From Octopus sinensis (taxonomy: Eukaryota): a stretch of 64,000 bases of DNA. This document shows, piece by piece, positions 61,255 to 64,000 of this stretch (the first letter of the stretch is position 1; each line of letters opens with the position of its first letter). The translations under genes were made by a program, and so were the position numbers. The notes below the pieces were generated by a model. That model saw only the letters and a list, made by a program, of their open reading frames with translations, searched no databases and had not been told where the DNA came from. The stretch spans positions 14,074,001-14,138,000 of the forward strand of contig NC_043017.1 of NCBI RefSeq assembly GCF_006345805.1, written 5' to 3'.

Positions 61255-61640
61255 ATTTCTGATTTTCAAGCAAACCATGCGGTACCCATTTGTTGAGCTT
61301 TTTTTGATTTTCCAATTGCATGCAAATGGTTGCAGGCAGTTTTTTGACTAACTTAAAATTCTTTTGCTAGTTCTTAGGTTGTTTTACATGGATCTTTAAC
61401 TGACTGTCATCAATGACAGATGGATGTCCACTATGCTCATGATCTTCAAGGCTCAGGTCTCTACTGCTAAATTGGTTAAATCATTTTCCAGCTGACCGCT
61501 CACAGGTCATTTTCTCACCAAATGTTTTGTGGACATCACAAGCAGTTTCAGCTGCTTTATGTCCTTTTTTGAAGTTGAATAGTAAAATTGGTTGAATATC
61601 ACACTTTGACAGTTCCATTTCAGATGATTGTAACAATGGT
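61255..61640 (-). mobile_element. Mariner relic (N-terminal HTH)
   Basis: MELSKCDIQPILLFNFKKGHKAAETA...LEDHEHSGHPSVIDD. Confidence 0.8.
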
Positions 61641-61824
61641 GAAAAAAATATCAATGTTAATTTATTGATGCATTTGGGAAAGTCTATGTCTGTATTATCA
61701 GACAATTGCAAAAAAATGTTTTTAAAAAATTCAAATCTCTGCAGAAATCCAGTACAAATTCTTGATTTTTCCAAATATTACTTTTTACTCAACCTGATAT
61801 TTTAACCTGCACCAAGCGCAAGTA

Positions 61825-61980
61825 TAACTGTGTGATGGAGACGTTTGCAACCACATCGTTGCAGGTTCAGTGCCGTTGTGTGGTACCTTGAGAAAGTGTC
61901 TTTTACTATCAACCTAGGACAATCTAAGTCTTGTGAATGGATTAGGTAGATAGAAAACTGAAAGAATACCATCATGCATT
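61825..61980 (+). mobile_element. Old tRNA-derived SINE 5' half
   Basis: CTGTGTGATGG...GCAGGTTCAGTGCC...GTAGATAGAAAACTGAAAGAA. Confidence 0.65.
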
Positions 61981-62239
61981 TAAATACATGCATATATATA
62001 TGCATACACATACATACAAACATATATAATCACCATTTTACCTTACACTGTACCATTATCACACAAGTCAGTGGAGCTTATTGAAGCAAATTGTGCTATG
62101 GCTGGATGCTCTTCCTGTTGTCAACCCTCACCTGTTTCCAAGAAAGGTAAGATTTTCCCCATGGCCAAATGCATTTTCACAGAATATTGGTTATAAATCA
62201 CTTATTTGTATCTCTCACATGTCAAAACAAGAAAACACA

Positions 62240-62400
62240 TATAACAGGCTTCTTTCAGTTTCCATCCCTCAAATCCACTTACATGGCTTAGGTTAGCCCA
62301 GGTCTATTGTAGAAGACACTTGCTCAAGGTGACACACAGTGGGACTGAACCTAAAACTGTATAGTAGGAGAGTAAGCTTCTAAACTACACAGCCACACCT
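62240..62400 (-). mobile_element. Old tRNA-derived SINE 5' half
   Basis: Reverse complement GTGGCTGTGTAG...AGGTTCAGTCCCACTGTGTG...GGAAACTGAAAGAAGCCTG. Confidence 0.7.
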
Positions 62401-62838
62401 ACACCTATATATATATATATATATTATATATATATGTATATATAAGTGTGTGTGTTGTATGTTTTTTTTTGTTTCCTTATCTTGCAATAGTTGTAAACAT
62501 GTGTTATACATATGTGGTGTTCTTTGTTTTCAAGCTTTGCTGTGAACATATTCAGCCTGGGGGAAAATATTACTCTGGAAACAGGTGAAGGTTAGCAGCA
62601 GGAAGGGCATCCAGCTCAACAAATTTTGTCTGACCCAAGCAAGCATGAAACAAAAGGGGGCATTAAATGATAATAACCTCATCGTGGGGTACGTTGCAAG
62701 TATTGAGAGTAGATCTCGATACCCAGGCTAGCTTCTTCCCACCAGTCTTAGAGGCCTTTAAAAGTCTCGTGTGCTGCCCTTTCTCCCCCGTTCACAAAAT
62801 GTTTAAACAAAAAGTGCACATCTGAAGTTCATACTCAC

Positions 62839-63002
62839 AGTTTGAGGAAGTTCAATATGGAAAACTTTAAGTCCTTCTTCCAGATCAGACTTCACTAAAA
62901 AGTGTTGAGGAGCAGATGATTTTTGGCACAATTTTTCATAATGCTGACCCAAACCAGTTACAGTCCGGACACCACGTCTTTTTAGTTTATCACAAACTAT
63001 TT
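62839..63002 (-). CDS. CAPS2: CAPS2-like exon (IVCDKLKRRGVRTVTGLGQHYEKL...KVFHIELPQT); upstream exons lie beyond the window
   Basis: ATATCTAG acceptor and ACT|GTGAGT donor; 164 nt, phase 1 to 0; KL..RGVR..TGLG and LKVFH.E motifs; phase 0 matches the exon at 27118. Confidence 0.9.
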
Positions 63003-63339
63003 CTAGATATAACATTAAAAACAAGTATTCCATTTAAATGTATAGAATCAACTTAGAAATTTATAAGAATTTGCAAAACAATACTACTGCTTTATATCAG
63101 AATAAAAAAAAAACTATCGACAAAAAGATGTAGTTTTAATAATTTATGGAAGATAACTGAAAAGAAATCAAATTTTCTTTTAGCCATTTTGACTGTTTTA
63201 TAGTTTTCAGTCAATATCAATGTGGAAGGATTCCTCTGTGGAATTTAAAACCCTTTTTCTGTTTTGATGTGGAATAGGTTTATGTAACCCCTGCTGGCCT
63301 TTTAAGACAATTGAGGTCAATACAGTTAATATTTTATAT

Positions 63340-63675
63340 CATCAACATCATCTTCATTTAGTGTCTATTCCATGCTGGCATAGGTTGGGTGGTTTGACAG
63401 GATCCAACAGCTGAGAGGACTGCAATGAGCTCCCATGTTTGTTTCAGAATGGTCTCTACATTCCTTTATAACATGGTTGATGACCTCACAAAAGCTAGTC
63501 ATACAAAAATGCACCTAGTACAGTCTCTATAAAGTGGCTAGCATTAGAAAGTGCATCTGGCTATAGAAACCATGCCAAAACAGATATTGGAGCAGTTCTG
63601 TGGATCATCAGGTCCTGTTCAACTGTTCAATCTATGCCAACTTGGAAAACAGGCATTAAATCATAATGACGATGG
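63340..63675. mobile_element. Two old RTE tails in inverted (tail-out) arrangement
   Basis: CATCATC..TTCCATGCTGGCAT at 63345-63400 (minus) and AGAAAGTGCATCTGGCTATAGAAAC...TAATGACGATG at 63545-63675 (plus). Confidence 0.6.
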
Positions 63676-64000
63676 TATATAATTTACAGATTTCTTCCAA
63701 ACAGCCACATTTAAAGACTTCTAACGATCACAAATTCATTGATCCTGTCTCAGACCTTTTTCTCAACTTATTCTAAACTCTACAGCTGTTGTCCCCAAAC
63801 TGAGTAATAACAAAACTGCATAAGGCTGGTTAATATGATTGGTGCAGGAAGCGGAGCTCAGAGTGAATCATCACGCTTCACAAAAGGGAACAGGTCCGTT
63901 TGCTACAAAAAAAAATATCATAAGGGCAACATCAGATTTCTTTTATTTAATTCATACGCTGTGTTTTATTTTGTACAGCACAAGAAATACAAGAAGCAAA

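Noticed and set aside
63858-63874. C/D snoRNA boxes on the minus strand (GTGATGA, CTGA)
   Set aside because: The boxes are only 6 nt apart, and no terminal stem with a distal D box was evident.

Overview
AT-rich, microsatellite- and transposon-dense animal genomic DNA, read by eye without tools. The repeat families and gene set look like an octopus or other coleoid cephalopod (inference). Two spliced genes are arranged tail-to-tail. RTF2 (replication termination factor 2, + strand) is complete, with 8 coding exons at 2056-20426 encoding 298 aa. A calcyphosin-2 (CAPS2)-like gene (- strand) contributes its last 4 coding exons (63002 to 23406), with one 35.7-kb intron (27119-62838) that contains a 100-N gap. 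The introns hold four large copies of one RTE-clade LINE; this family has a PHD finger inside its RT, a ~61-bp VNTR in its 3' UTR and a candidate 5' intron. Also present are several Penelope-like elements (PLEs), a near-intact mariner, mariner/maT/Chapaev relics, two Helitrons, CR1 and R4/Dong relics and tRNA-derived SINEs. The most striking signal is four minimal type-I hammerhead ribozyme motifs in PLE-type termini. Their stem III is a CA-NN-UG palindrome that uses all four possible self-complementary centres (CG, AU, UA, GC), and three of them lie sense in the CAPS2 intron. Several degenerate hammerhead-like motifs and many fold-back inverted repeats also occur, including a 78-bp near-perfect hairpin just downstream of the RTF2 stop. 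No CRISPR, rRNA or true tRNA gene was found. Exon, ITR, hairpin and ribozyme coordinates were counted directly; most other TE boundaries are approximate.
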